Source of the DNA: Christensenella sp. UBA6345
GTDB lineage: Bacteria; Bacillota; Clostridia; Christensenellales; UBA1242
Direction of reading: 5' to 3'
Assembly (NCBI GenBank): GCA_002437945.1
Contig: DJSB01000007.1
Coordinates: forward strand, 1-57,111
DNA length: 57,111 nucleotides
The notes under the pieces were generated by a model that was given only the letters and a program-made list of their open reading frames with translations, was not told where the DNA came from and did not search any database. Both the position numbers and the translations under genes were made by a program. This document shows positions 30,504-41,087 of this stretch, piece by piece. Position 1 is the stretch's first letter. Each line of letters begins with the position of its first letter.

Positions 30504-32459
30504 ATGAAAGATTATTATATTACTACAGCGATAGCCTATACTTCGGGCAAACCACATATAGGTAACATATATGAAATAATATTGACAGATAGCATTGCTA
30601 GATTTAAACGTTTTCAAGGATACAATGTTTTCTTTCAAACTGGTACTGATGAACATGGACAGAAAATTGAAGAGAAAGCACTTGCAAAAGGTTTAACACC
30701 TAAACAATTTGTAGATGGTGTGGCTAATACCATAAAAGGATTGTGGGATACTGCTAATATCTCTTATGATAAATTTATCCGTACTACCGATGCTGACCAT
30801 GAAGTTCAAGTTCAAAAAATATTTAAAAAACTTTATGATCAAGGCGACATATATAAGGGTAGTTATGAAGGTATGTATTGTACTCCATGTGAGTCTTTTT
30901 GGACTTCTTCACAACTAGTTGATGGTAAATGTCCAGATTGTGGTAGAGAAGTTAAACCAGCAAAAGAAGAAGCATATTTCTTTAAGATGAGTAAATATGC
31001 TGATAGATTATTGGATTATTATAATTCTCACCCAGATTTTATATTGCCAGTATCTAGAAAAAATGAAATGGTTAACAACTTTTTGAAAAAAGGACTTCAA
31101 GATTTGTGCGTATCTCGTACAAGTTTTAAGTGGGGTATTCCAGTTACTTTTGACCCAAAACATGTTGTTTATGTATGGCTAGACGCATTAACCAATTATA
31201 TTACTGGTATTGGTTATGATGTAGATGGTAATAGTAAAGATAGTTTTAATAGATTTTGGCCAGCAGATTTACACGTTATTGGTAAAGATATTGTAAGATT
31301 CCATATTATATATTGGCCTATTTTCTTAATGGCATTAGGTTTGCCTATTCCAAAGAAAATATACGGACATGGTTGGTTGTTACAGAATGGCGAAAAGATG
31401 AGTAAATCAAAAGGTAATGTTATGTACTTTGATGATCTTGCTAGTGTCTTTGGAGTTGATGCTGTAAGATATTATGTCCTTAACGAAATGAGTTTTGATA
31501 ATGATGGCTCTGTAGGTTGGGACTTACTTACAGACAAAACAAACTCTGACCTTGCCAATGTGTACGGTAACTTGGTTAGCCGTACAATCGCTATGACCAA
31601 TAAATATTTTGGTGGTGTGGTTAATAAATCTACAAATTATGAAGATGTAGATAAGGAATTAAAAGAAGTAGTAGAAAATGCTTACGGAAAAGTTTCTAAA
31701 AAGATAGATGATTTACAAATATCTGATTCAATTGCTGAAGTGATGAGTATATTTAGACGTGCTAATAAGTATATTGATGAGACTTGCCCTTGGGTACTAG
31801 CAAAAGAAAATAATACTGAAAGATTAAATACTGTATTATACAATTTATGTGAAGCAATTATGGTAGGTTCAACTTTACTTCAACCATATATGCCTGCTAC
31901 TGCTGAAAAAGTTGCGCATATGATGGGTGCAAAATTAAGAACAGTAGATACAATAGCAACATTTGGTTATGAAGAACAATATCATGTTACAGATACTCCT
32001 GAAGTATTGTTCCCACGTCTTGATATTAAAGATGTAATGAAAAAAGCAGAAGAAATAAAAGAAAAACAAATAAAGGAATACAACTTGGAAAATAAACCTG
32101 TAGAGACTGTAGAAGAAAATACAAGTAAACCAATTATTAATTTTGACGATTTTGAAAAAGTTGAATTAAAAGTTGGTACTATACTTAACAGTGAAAAAGT
32201 AGAAGGTAGTGAGAAACTATTAAAGAATACTGTAAAACTTGGTGATGAAACACGTACTATTGTGAGCGGTATTGCAAAAACATATAAACCAGAAGATATT
32301 ATTGGTAGACAAGTAGTGGTTGTTACCAACCTTGCACCAAGAAAATTAAAGGGCATAATGAGTGAAGGTATGATATTATGTGCTTTCGATGAAAAAACCA
32401 ATGATTTAGCATTGATTAGCCCTATTTCTCAATTTAAAGATGGATGTGAAGTAAGTTAA
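30504..32459 (+). CDS. metG: Methionine--tRNA ligase with a C-terminal tRNA-binding domain
   Basis: Likely start MKDYYITTAIAY at 30504 (tracked ORF starts at 30462). KPHIGN HIGH motif, Zn knuckle CTPC...CPDC, KMSKSKGN, and a C-terminal EMAP/Trbp111-like VELKVGTIL... Confidence 0.95.
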   Translation: MKDYYITTAIAYTSGKPHIGNIYEIILTDSIARFKRFQGYNVFFQTGTDEHGQKIEEKALAKGLTPKQFVDGVANTIKGLWDTANISYDKFIRTTDADHEVQVQKIFKKLYDQGDIYKGSYEGMYCTPCESFWTSSQLVDGKCPDCGREVKPAKEEAYFFKMSKYADRLLDYYNSHPDFILPVSRKNEMVNNFLKKGLQDLCVSRTSFKWGIPVTFDPKHVVYVWLDALTNYITGIGYDVDGNSKDSFNRFWPADLHVIGKDIVRFHIIYWPIFLMALGLPIPKKIYGHGWLLQNGEKMSKSKGNVMYFDDLASVFGVDAVRYYVLNEMSFDNDGSVGWDLLTDKTNSDLANVYGNLVSRTIAMTNKYFGGVVNKSTNYEDVDKELKEVVENAYGKVSKKIDDLQISDSIAEVMSIFRRANKYIDETCPWVLAKENNTERLNTVLYNLCEAIMVGSTLLQPYMPATAEKVAHMMGAKLRTVDTIATFGYEEQYHVTDTPEVLFPRLDIKDVMKKAEEIKEKQIKEYNLENKPVETVEENTSKPIINFDDFEKVELKVGTILNSEKVEGSEKLLKNTVKLGDETRTIVSGIAKTYKPEDIIGRQVVVVTNLAPRKLKGIMSEGMILCAFDEKTNDLALISPISQFKDGCEVS

Positions 32460-33241
32460 TGAAACTAACAGATACTCATTGTCACTTAAATGATGATTAT
32501 TTCTATGACAATGCTTCAACTTATATTAATAACTTTGAAAATGATAACCTACTACGAGTTTTTGTTGTAGGTTATGATTTTATTTCTAGTAAAAGGGCTA
32601 TAGAACTTGCTAATAATTATGATAGTGTATATGCCATTATTGGCATGCACCCAGAAGATTGTGCGAGTTATAATGCAGAATTTAAACAATTCGTGGTCGA
32701 CAATGCTAGTAATCCTAAAGTTATAGGTATAGGTGAGATAGGTCTAGATTATCATTATGGTACTGATGACAAACAATTACAAAAAGATGTATTAATAGAC
32801 CAGATAAAATTGGCTGATAAATTGCACTTGCCTATTGTAATTCATGTAAGAGATGCAATTGGCGATTTAATCGAAATTTTAAAGGATAATATTAAATATA
32901 TTAATAATGGCGGTATTATTCATTGCTTTAATGAAAGTATAGAAAGTTATAAGATTCTAAAGGACCTAGGATTTAAGTTTTCTTTTGGTGGGGCTATAAC
33001 TTTTAGCAATTCGAAGAATGCTCCTAGACTTTTAAAAGAAGTAGATTTAAATGATATATTATTAGAAACAGATAGTCCATATCTTACTCCAGAGCCTTTA
33101 CGCGGTAAGGAACGTAACCAGCCAAAATATGTAAAGTATGTGGCTGAACGTATAGCACAATATAAAGATGTTGATGTAGATACAATTATTAATGCCAACG
33201 AAAACAATATAAAACAAGTATTTAAAAAGATAAAAGGATAA
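32459..33241 (+). CDS. tatD: TatD-family metal-dependent DNase/hydrolase
   Basis: 260 aa. DTHCHLND N-terminus, GEIGLDYHY and ETDSPYLTP motifs. Confidence 0.9.
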   Translation: MKLTDTHCHLNDDYFYDNASTYINNFENDNLLRVFVVGYDFISSKRAIELANNYDSVYAIIGMHPEDCASYNAEFKQFVVDNASNPKVIGIGEIGLDYHYGTDDKQLQKDVLIDQIKLADKLHLPIVIHVRDAIGDLIEILKDNIKYINNGGIIHCFNESIESYKILKDLGFKFSFGGAITFSNSKNAPRLLKEVDLNDILLETDSPYLTPEPLRGKERNQPKYVKYVAERIAQYKDVDVDTIINANENNIKQVFKKIKG

Positions 33242-33243
33242 AT

Positions 33244-34053
33244 ATGGCAGATAAATTAAATATACAATTTAATAAGAACTTTGGACAAAACTTTATCTTT
33301 GATACCAATTTACTTAAGGCTATTGTTAATGATGCTGGTATTAATCAAAATACCGAAGTGTTGGAGATAGGTACTGGGGCAGGGACATTAACTAAAGAAA
33401 TAGCAAAAAGTAGCAAGAAAGTAGTTAGTTATGAGATTGATACCAATCTAGCACCAATAATATCGGATAATCTTCAAGTTGTTAACAATGCTCAAGTGAT
33501 ATTTAGAGATATTATGAAAGAGAGTATGGATAATATTGAAAGCAATTTTGAAGATGAATATACTATGATTGCTAATCTACCTTATTATATTACCACTCCT
33601 ATTATATTTAAGTTTCTCGAGAATGCTACTCGACTTAAATCAATGGTTATTATGGTACAAAAGGAAGTTGCTGATAGATTATGTGCTAGTCCCAATACTG
33701 CCGAATATGGGGCAATTACAGCCATAATTAACGCTGTAGCAGATACAAAAATTACCCGAATTGTTAAAAGAAATATGTTTGTACCAGCACCCAATGTAGA
33801 TAGTGCTGTAGTTAGAATAGACTTTAACAAAACGAAGTATGATATTAACAATTATAATAATTTAAGTTTGCTTATTAAATCTGCTTTCCATATGCGAAGA
33901 AAAACTTTAGTTAATAATTTAAAGAGTAGTTTTAATTTAGATAAAAGCATTATTGACCATGCTTTTGAAGTTATGGGTTTAAGTCAAAATATTCGTGGAG
34001 AAACTTTAAGTTCGGAGCAGTTTGTAAGATTAAGCAATTTGCTTTTCCAATAA
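33244..34053 (+). CDS. rsmA: 16S rRNA (adenine1518/1519-N6)-dimethyltransferase
   Basis: 269 aa. FGQNFI, EIGTGAGTLT and NLPYYITTPI motifs. Confidence 0.93.
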   Translation: MADKLNIQFNKNFGQNFIFDTNLLKAIVNDAGINQNTEVLEIGTGAGTLTKEIAKSSKKVVSYEIDTNLAPIISDNLQVVNNAQVIFRDIMKESMDNIESNFEDEYTMIANLPYYITTPIIFKFLENATRLKSMVIMVQKEVADRLCASPNTAEYGAITAIINAVADTKITRIVKRNMFVPAPNVDSAVVRIDFNKTKYDINNYNNLSLLIKSAFHMRRKTLVNNLKSSFNLDKSIIDHAFEVMGLSQNIRGETLSSEQFVRLSNLLFQ

Positions 34054-34154
34054 TTAAATAATAGTACTATAATCATAACTTATGATTATAAAAAAACTAA
34101 ATAGTAATTGATTGTGTATTAATAAATTGTTTTAATAAATAATCATATAAAAAT

Positions 34155-34189
34155 AAAAAAATCTCACTAATTTTAGTGAGATTTTTTTA
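34155..34189. terminator. Bidirectional terminator between rsmA and the lipoprotein gene
   Basis: A-run, AATCTCACTA-ATTT-TAGTGAGATT, T-run. Confidence 0.75.
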
Positions 34190-34201
34190 TTAATTAAATA
34201 A

Positions 34202-35665
34202 TTATTTAATCCAAGGTTCTTTCTCTGTGTTTGAATCTTCAGTTTCTTCAGGTTCTGCTGGAGTGTGACCTTTAGCAAATACGCCTACAAATTCAGATTT
34301 AACATCGCTAGCCTGTAAATCGGTACGATTTAAGTAATAATTACTATCGGTGCTACCATCTGGAGTATAAGCAGAGTAGAAATATGCATTTCTGCCGTCA
34401 TAATCAAAGAATACATTGTCAGTTTTGATTGTCTTATCGTCAGTTACTACTTCTTTTACTTCTGGATTTTCTGCTTTAACATCAACATATTTTATTTTAC
34501 CATTTTCGGTAAAGAACAATGTTGTGCCATATAATCCTATGCTACTGATAGTAGTAGATGATGTATAAACATTTTTTACATTTTTATTACTATTAACAAC
34601 AGTTACTAGGTTAATACGATTAGAACTATCTATAGTTACGATTTCATTGCCAATATAAGCAGAAGTGTCTTGATTTACTATAATTGAATTAGTGTAAGTT
34701 GCATTAAGTAATTCAGTTTCTTTAGCGTCATTAAATGTTTTGTCTGCACTTAATTCATATCTGCATAATGTAGAAATACTTGAACCACTTCTTGTACGAT
34801 TGTAATATAAACTATTATTTTTAGCATCAACAATACTATAAGTGTCGCCATTAGATGCTACGATTTCTTCATTAGTGTCACCCAATTTAACTCTAGCAAG
34901 TATATTACCATTAATACCACTCAATTTATCATCTTCAGTAATAGCACGTGTATAATATACATAATTATTGATACCATCTAAAGTCTTGTTGGCTATCTTG
35001 TCTGAAGGAATATATTTATCAGTTTTGATAAGTCCTGCAGATGTAGCATTTTTAACTAGGGTAGTGGTTGTAGGCTTTTTAGCATTGGCATTGATAGATA
35101 CTATCTTTGAACCATCTAACATAACGATATATACTGTGTTATCAAGTTCGTACATAGTCCAATTGGTAGAAGTAAGTGTTTGGTCAGTAGTGTATAATAC
35201 TTTATTGTTTGTACCATTAATGTTTACTCTACAAATATTACTTCTTGCATTAAGCAAATTACCATACTCATCTTTTTGCATATTAGGTGTAGCATAATAA
35301 ATATAATCGCCAAATATATAGAAACAAGCATTTTCTGTACCTACGATTTGTGGAACAACAACTTCAGATTTTGTTAAGAAACCATCTTCGTCATGAGAAA
35401 TAGCATTGTTATTCATCTTAACTCTATATATAGCACCAAATACTTGTTTACCCCATACGTTATCTTTGTCTTTTTCAAGATTCTGGTAAGATTTAAAACC
35501 ATTGACATAGTATAGATAATCGCCTTTGACTACAGCCATACCGCCATTGGAAGTAACAGGATCACTTGTTTTTGGGTTGTTTTTAAGACCTTTGTTGCCA
35601 CAACCTGACAAAATTAATGTTGTGGATAAAAATATGGTTAATACCATTAATAAAAACTTTTTCAT
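34202..35665 (-). CDS. Lipoprotein, DUF5050-like beta-propeller-type repeats
   Basis: 487 aa. Signal peptide with lipobox LILSGC. Recurrent Y-Y-x-N / YYTR / YYNR / FFTENGKIKYV strands are typical of DUF5050-like proteins. Confidence 0.65.
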   Translation of the reverse strand: MKKFLLMVLTIFLSTTLILSGCGNKGLKNNPKTSDPVTSNGGMAVVKGDYLYYVNGFKSYQNLEKDKDNVWGKQVFGAIYRVKMNNNAISHDEDGFLTKSEVVVPQIVGTENACFYIFGDYIYYATPNMQKDEYGNLLNARSNICRVNINGTNNKVLYTTDQTLTSTNWTMYELDNTVYIVMLDGSKIVSINANAKKPTTTTLVKNATSAGLIKTDKYIPSDKIANKTLDGINNYVYYTRAITEDDKLSGINGNILARVKLGDTNEEIVASNGDTYSIVDAKNNSLYYNRTRSGSSISTLCRYELSADKTFNDAKETELLNATYTNSIIVNQDTSAYIGNEIVTIDSSNRINLVTVVNSNKNVKNVYTSSTTISSIGLYGTTLFFTENGKIKYVDVKAENPEVKEVVTDDKTIKTDNVFFDYDGRNAYFYSAYTPDGSTDSNYYLNRTDLQASDVKSEFVGVFAKGHTPAEPEETEDSNTEKEPWIK

Positions 35666-35903
35666 TTTTTCTCCGAAAATATATAATTTTAACTACAATA
35701 GATATTACCAAAATAAATATATATAGTCAATTAATATGCCTAAACTAGGCTATACTATTTTAGCAATATTTTTAAAAAAAATCATTTAATTTGTAACAAT
35801 TATTTACTATATTTATTTATATAAACCTAATATGTATGATTTTATGCTATATCATAAGTAAAAAAACCGTCAAACATTTAATTTGGCGATTTTTAAATAA
35901 TTA

Positions 35904-36950
35904 TTAAATTGCGTCTACTTCTATGCTTTCACCAGTAAGTGCGTCTTGATACATAACCCAATATCCTTCTTCAGTAGGATTGTCAATATCTGTAGGCAAC
36001 CACTGACTATAATTGTCTAGCCCATTAGGTGCAATCTCACTATATGTACCAGGTACACCATAACATATATATTTTAGAGTTATGTCTTCATATATTAATC
36101 CCAACACATAATAATTTCCATCATTTTCATAATCAATCTTGACCCATTTACTATTAGGAACTAAATTTTCTAGATTGGTTTCGGCAGGGTATTTGTTGAA
36201 TAAGTCTTCTATCTGTTCACTTAATGCCTCATAGAAAGTTACATTGTCGGGTAAGGGTGTGTTTTCAAGTTCTTGTTCAATAATGTTTTTATTGGCTAAT
36301 ACTTTTGATATACCATCATTTTTCTGTCCATATGGATTAAGTTGTGGCATATTGTCTTCTTGATAATCTGTTTGGATAGATTCATCATCGAATTCAAGAT
36401 TATTATTGATTTCTTCTTCAATTTCTTCATCGCTACTTTCAAACAATTCTTGAGTATCGTCTACTTCTTCGACTTCGTTTAATTCTTGGGTGTCGTTAGT
36501 GTTATTTTTATATGACGATGGTTCTTCAAGTGTCGATATGTTATCTTGTACATAGTTTTGATTAACAGTACTTTTATTATCGTATTTTAAAATATTAAGG
36601 TTATCAATAATTTCATCTTTTAATATACTTCTATCATCGCTTCCCCATATTAAAGGAATAACTTTTGTAGGTTGGTCTTCTACCAATACACAAGTTATGT
36701 TTTGATTAAGATCTATGTTATTAATTCTAAAATTATATGTATTATTGTTAATTAAATTAATGTTTTGTTTAAATACTTGTTTGTTGTTTTGTGCTAGTCC
36801 TAGTACTAGATTGCTGTGGTTGTTTATGTTAAAAGTTTTTATAGTCCCGTAGACACAGTTATTATCTAATGTTAATGTAAGTATTGCACTACCATTATAA
36901 TTGCTGGCTGTAGGATTATTTAATACAATAGTCTTTTTAAATGTTGTCAT
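35904..36950 (-). CDS. Hypothetical protein (348 aa): beta-rich N-domain, strongly acidic linker, conserved-looking C-terminal domain
   Basis: RBS AAGGGAGA. Acidic central region (ELNEVEEVDDTQELFESSDEEIEEE). C-terminal block YICYGVPGTYSEIAPNGLDNYSQWLPTD...GYWVMYQDALTGE. I could not place it in any family. Confidence 0.6.
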   Translation of the reverse strand: MTTFKKTIVLNNPTASNYNGSAILTLTLDNNCVYGTIKTFNINNHSNLVLGLAQNNKQVFKQNINLINNNTYNFRINNIDLNQNITCVLVEDQPTKVIPLIWGSDDRSILKDEIIDNLNILKYDNKSTVNQNYVQDNISTLEEPSSYKNNTNDTQELNEVEEVDDTQELFESSDEEIEEEINNNLEFDDESIQTDYQEDNMPQLNPYGQKNDGISKVLANKNIIEQELENTPLPDNVTFYEALSEQIEDLFNKYPAETNLENLVPNSKWVKIDYENDGNYYVLGLIYEDITLKYICYGVPGTYSEIAPNGLDNYSQWLPTDIDNPTEEGYWVMYQDALTGESIEVDAI

Positions 36951-37249
36951 CGCTTCTCCCTTATGTAAATTGATTACTTATATTTTATATTAAATATCGT
37001 TGTAAAAGTTTAATATAGAATGAGTAATTAACACTATATTTGTATTTTTTAGTCGATTTAAAATATCTATAATTAAAAATTCATAGTTTTTTTGGTTAAT
37101 TAGTTTTTATTTTACAATGAAAGGGTTTAAATTTTAAAAAAGTGGCTTAATTAACCTATTTTTTAGTATATTGTTAAATTACATAGTTTTTGTATATAAA
37201 GAATGAAATTTCTGTATATGCGGCGGTTTTTTATTATAATGACGTCATT

Positions 37250-37256
37250 TTCGACA
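37250..37256 (-). promoter_or_regulatory. Perfect 0A-box heptamer (TGTCGAA on the minus strand) upstream of spo0A
   Basis: TTCGACA on the plus strand, 147 nt upstream of the spo0A start. It matches the Bacillus 0A-box consensus TGTCGAA. A single 7-mer can occur by chance. Confidence 0.35.
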
Positions 37257-37402
37257 TTTTACTGACAAAAACCATCTTAATAGAGTTTTACTTACAAAGT
37301 TTTCAAAGTACTTTAAATGGCTTATGTTGGCTATGATGCTATAATTTTAATTGTTCGGCGGGATAAAACCCAAGATAAAATAAAAATTATGGAGATGTGA
37401 AA

Positions 37403-38185
37403 ATGGAGAGCATAGAAAAAACAAAAATTATTATAGTTGATAACAACGAACAAATGAGAATAAGTATTAAACAACAATTAAACACAAATGAGTTAAACGT
37501 GGTTGCAGATTTTTCAGATGCAATTTCTGCACTTAATTATATAAAAGAAAATGAAGTAGATGTAATTATTACTGATATAGTATTACCCAACATTGATGGA
37601 TACGAATTTATGGAAGCCATTAACAAACAAGGATTAGTAACAAGACCAAAAATATTGGTATTGTCTGCTTTAAGTAATGATAACTTTATTAACAAAGCAT
37701 TACAGTATGGCGCTGATTATTATATGATTAAGCCATGTGATGTTAATGTTCTTAAATCACGAGTTATGGAATTAAAGACAAGTTCAGTTATGATTGATAA
37801 GTCGGTTAACAATATTAAAAATGTTAAACCACGTAATAGACAACTTGAAGAAAAAATTACCAATATATTCATAACAGTTGGTATACCTGCACATATTAAA
37901 GGTTATCAATTCTTAAGGGAAGCCATAAAGATGGCTATAGATAATCCAGAAATTATCAATAGTATTACTAAAAAATTGTATCCAAGTATCGCAGAAAGAT
38001 TTGAGACCACAGCATCAAAAGTTGAACGTGCGATAAGACATGCTATTGAAGTTGCTTGGAATAGGGGTAAGATAGAAAATATTAATGCATTATTCGGAAT
38101 AAGAGTATATTCTAACAATGAAAAACCAACAAATGGTGAGTTTATAGCCTTGGTTGCAGACAAAATGCTTATTGAAGGTGCATAA
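37403..38185 (+). CDS. spo0A: Sporulation master response regulator Spo0A
   Basis: Receiver domain (IIIVDNNEQ..., [16 protein letters not shown]) plus the Spo0A-specific C-terminal DNA-binding domain ([31 protein letters not shown]). ATG 37403 has GGAG 8 nt upstream. The tracked ORF starts at GTG 37397. Confidence 0.95.
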   Translation: MESIEKTKIIIVDNNEQMRISIKQQLNTNELNVVADFSDAISALNYIKENEVDVIITDIVLPNIDGYEFMEAINKQGLVTRPKILVLSALSNDNFINKALQYGADYYMIKPCDVNVLKSRVMELKTSSVMIDKSVNNIKNVKPRNRQLEEKITNIFITVGIPAHIKGYQFLREAIKMAIDNPEIINSITKKLYPSIAERFETTASKVERAIRHAIEVAWNRGKIENINALFGIRVYSNNEKPTNGEFIALVADKMLIEGA

Positions 38186-38313
38186 TAGTAAAAAAATAAA
38201 ATATTTTATGATTAAAAATTGTTTACAAGATAATAATATCTAACTATAATATATTAGCGTTAAAAAGATATGTTTCATATACTTATTTTAACACTAATAA
38301 ATGTTAGGAGAAC

Positions 38314-38865
38314 ATGGGAAATATGGTTAAAAAACAGACCTATATAAAATGTCCAAGATGTGAACTTAATTATATTTTGAAAAAAGATAAATATTGTGAT
38401 GTTTGCAAACAAGAAATGAAAGCCGGGGCAATAGACGACGATGATTTAGAAATTTATGATGACGAACTAGAACTTTGTCCTGTTTGTCATGTTAATTATA
38501 TCAATGAAGGTGAAACTATGTGTTCGTCTTGTATGGAAGAAAATTTATCTACCAGTAAAGATGACGATGAGCCTGATTGGCGTGAATATGTAGACAAAGA
38601 TGATGAAGACGATGATCTTGATTTATTGCCTACTAACGATGAAGATGAAGAAATTGATGAAGAACTTGATTCTACATTCTCTAAAGACCTTGATGCCGAC
38701 TTTAAAGATGACTTCGATGACGTAGAGGACCTAGACGAAGAATTAGATGATGATCTTGATGATCTAGATTTAGATATGGACGATAGTGACTACGACGAAG
38801 AAGATGAAGAAGACGAAGATGACTATAAAGACGAAGATAATGATGAAGGAGACGATGAAGAATAA
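38314..38865 (+). CDS. Double zinc-ribbon protein with a ~110-aa poly-acidic tail
   Basis: 183 aa. CPRC-x13-CDVC and CPVC-x11-CSSC, then a tail made almost entirely of D/E with scattered L/Y/K. ATG 38323 is an alternative start. Confidence 0.7.
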   Translation: MGNMVKKQTYIKCPRCELNYILKKDKYCDVCKQEMKAGAIDDDDLEIYDDELELCPVCHVNYINEGETMCSSCMEENLSTSKDDDEPDWREYVDKDDEDDDLDLLPTNDEDEEIDEELDSTFSKDLDADFKDDFDDVEDLDEELDDDLDDLDLDMDDSDYDEEDEEDEDDYKDEDNDEGDDEE

Positions 38866-38976
38866 TATTTAAGTTAACTTCTCTAAACACTCAAATGGTA
38901 TAATACTATTTGGGTGTTTTTTTGTATAAAAAATTTTGTTAAGGCAATAATAGTAAAAAAGTAAAGGTGTGTATTA

Positions 38977-39222
38977 TTGGTATCAAGTGTAGAGAAATTA
39001 CAAAATGTTAAAGATGAGATTATGCAATTAAAAGGGCAAGATATTAGACTAATAGTTAATAAAGGTAGAAAAAAGATTGTTAAATTTAATGGTATAATAG
39101 AAAGTGTGTATCCTAGTATGTTTGTGATTAAACCTAAAGAGAATGTGGAACTTGAACGTACAAGTTATTCATATAATGATGTATTGTGTGGGGATATTAG
39201 TTACAAAAAAATAATTAAATAA
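38977..39222 (+). CDS. veg: Veg protein
   Basis: 81 aa, TTG start. GRKKIVKFNGIIESVYPSMFVIKP...ERTSYSYNDVL is colinear with B. subtilis Veg. Confidence 0.88.
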   Translation: MVSSVEKLQNVKDEIMQLKGQDIRLIVNKGRKKIVKFNGIIESVYPSMFVIKPKENVELERTSYSYNDVLCGDISYKKIIK

Positions 39223-39316
39223 TTGGACGAAATGTGATAACTTTTAAAAAGTTGTCATATTTTTTTATTTTCGCAAGTAGAATACTAACGTAAAAATAAA
39301 AAACGGGGGATTTTTT

Positions 39317-40849
39317 ATGGCGATAGAACCAAAGTTTGAAAGGGTGGTTAGTTCGGAAAGAATTAAACTTGGGGTTACACAGGCAGTAATTGAATGTAAA
39401 TTACCAGCCAATGATGAAAGCGAAATAAGAAAAGTACTATGTGCTCATGCGAAAAGTTTTATTACTTCTAGTGAAGCAGTTGATAAAGATATTAACTTTA
39501 GTGGTAATGTTAATTTTCAAGTAATATATGAGAATGCTGACGGTGTTGTTAGTGGCTTGGATTATACTGCTGATTTTAAAGAAAAGTACTCTAATGATAA
39601 TATGTGTAGTCAAGCGACACCAATTGTTAATAGTAGCGTAGTAGATGTTAATACATCAATTAATGGCAATGATATTAAAATTGTTGCTATAGTAGAGATT
39701 ACTATAGATATTATTAAGAATACCGAACTTAATGCACTTGTTAATGTAGAAGGTGGCAATGTTTTTACTAATACAGCCACATTAGATACCTATAACTTTG
39801 TAGGTGTACTAAATAATAAATTTGAAAGTAATTACGATATTGAAATTAAAGACAATATTCAAAAAGTATTGGAAGTATCATGCTCTCCATATATTGAAAG
39901 TGTCACTCCAATGGAAAAGTATGCAGTAGTGGTTGGTGGCGCTAATATTGATATTTGTTATGTAACAAGTGGCGAACAAAATGTGTTACGTACTCATCAG
40001 GTGAAAGTAGACTTTAGCCAAGAAGTTGCTTTAGAACAATTACAAGAGAATAGTTGTATACAAAGTATGCTAGATATTAATAATTCATTAATTAAAATAA
40101 CTACTAATATTGATACTGATTTTGCAGTGGTTAATCTTAATATTCCATATGAATATACTGGCTATGCTTTTAATCAGAATACTTTAGAAGTAATAGATGA
40201 TGCATTCTCTACAGATAATTACTTAAATGTTTGCACCGAGTCATTTAACACTTTAGTTTGTGGTGGACACATTAATTTTGAAGGTAAAGTTAGTGGTAAT
40301 GTCGAAAGTGAAGATAATGCTGTAGATGAAGTGTTGGGAACTTGTTGTAATACAGTAACTGTGGCATCAGCATATGTCGAAGACGGAATGTTTGTGCTAG
40401 AAGGTGTGGCAAGTACAACTGTTATGTATTTGAATAAGGAAACCAATAATACATACTCAATGTTAGTAGAAATGCCATTCTCATTAAGAGAAAATGTTGA
40501 CGTGGACGAAAAATATTATCCTATTGTTAATTTGTCTTTAGGGGAAGTAACTGCTAAAGCCAAACGTGGTAAAGATTTAGATGTAAGTGCTACATTATTT
40601 GTTTATGCTGATTTCTATTCGGTTAACCCAGAAGCGGTAATTACTGAAATTACAGAAACAGAAGAAAAACCAGATAATTTAAGCGTGTTAACAATATATA
40701 TAGTTAAACCTAATGAAACTATATGGGATATATCAAAGTTATTAAATATTAATCCAGATAGTTTGCTAGAACAAAACCCAGATATTGAATTACCACTTCA
40801 AGGTGGAGAAAAACTAGTTGTATATAGACAAAAAGAAGTATTATTTTAA
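39317..40849 (+). CDS. DUF3794-type protein with a C-terminal LysM domain (SipL/SpoVID-functional-analogue-like spore morphogenetic protein)
   Basis: 510 aa. The repeated beta-rich DUF3794-like body and C-terminal LysM (YIVKPNETIWDISKLLNINPDSLLEQNPDIELPLQGGEKLVVY) give the same architecture and size as clostridial SipL. It sits among sporulation genes. Confidence 0.6.
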   Translation: MAIEPKFERVVSSERIKLGVTQAVIECKLPANDESEIRKVLCAHAKSFITSSEAVDKDINFSGNVNFQVIYENADGVVSGLDYTADFKEKYSNDNMCSQATPIVNSSVVDVNTSINGNDIKIVAIVEITIDIIKNTELNALVNVEGGNVFTNTATLDTYNFVGVLNNKFESNYDIEIKDNIQKVLEVSCSPYIESVTPMEKYAVVVGGANIDICYVTSGEQNVLRTHQVKVDFSQEVALEQLQENSCIQSMLDINNSLIKITTNIDTDFAVVNLNIPYEYTGYAFNQNTLEVIDDAFSTDNYLNVCTESFNTLVCGGHINFEGKVSGNVESEDNAVDEVLGTCCNTVTVASAYVEDGMFVLEGVASTTVMYLNKETNNTYSMLVEMPFSLRENVDVDEKYYPIVNLSLGEVTAKAKRGKDLDVSATLFVYADFYSVNPEAVITEITETEEKPDNLSVLTIYIVKPNETIWDISKLLNINPDSLLEQNPDIELPLQGGEKLVVYRQKEVLF

Positions 40850-41087
40850 TGCAATAAATTTCGGTCGCCATTAATCCAAAAAGTCAAAGCAATTTTGCTT
40901 TGGCTTTTTTTTGTTTTGATATAGTTATTAAAAGAATAAATTATACGGCTTTATTAAATATGTGTGATTGATTTTGTTTTAATAATTAGAAACAGAGTAA
41001 TTTAATCTGACATAGTTTTTTAATTATTTTATCAATTATTGTTTTGATTTAAAAATACTGTCAATAATACACTATGGAGTTAATAGT

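Noticed and set aside
29761-30656. ORFs 29761-30120 (+), 30142-30432 (+) and 30429-30656 (-) around spmA/spmB and the metG start
   Set aside because: They are antisense to the spmAB membrane protein genes or overlap the metG 5' end, and none has an RBS.
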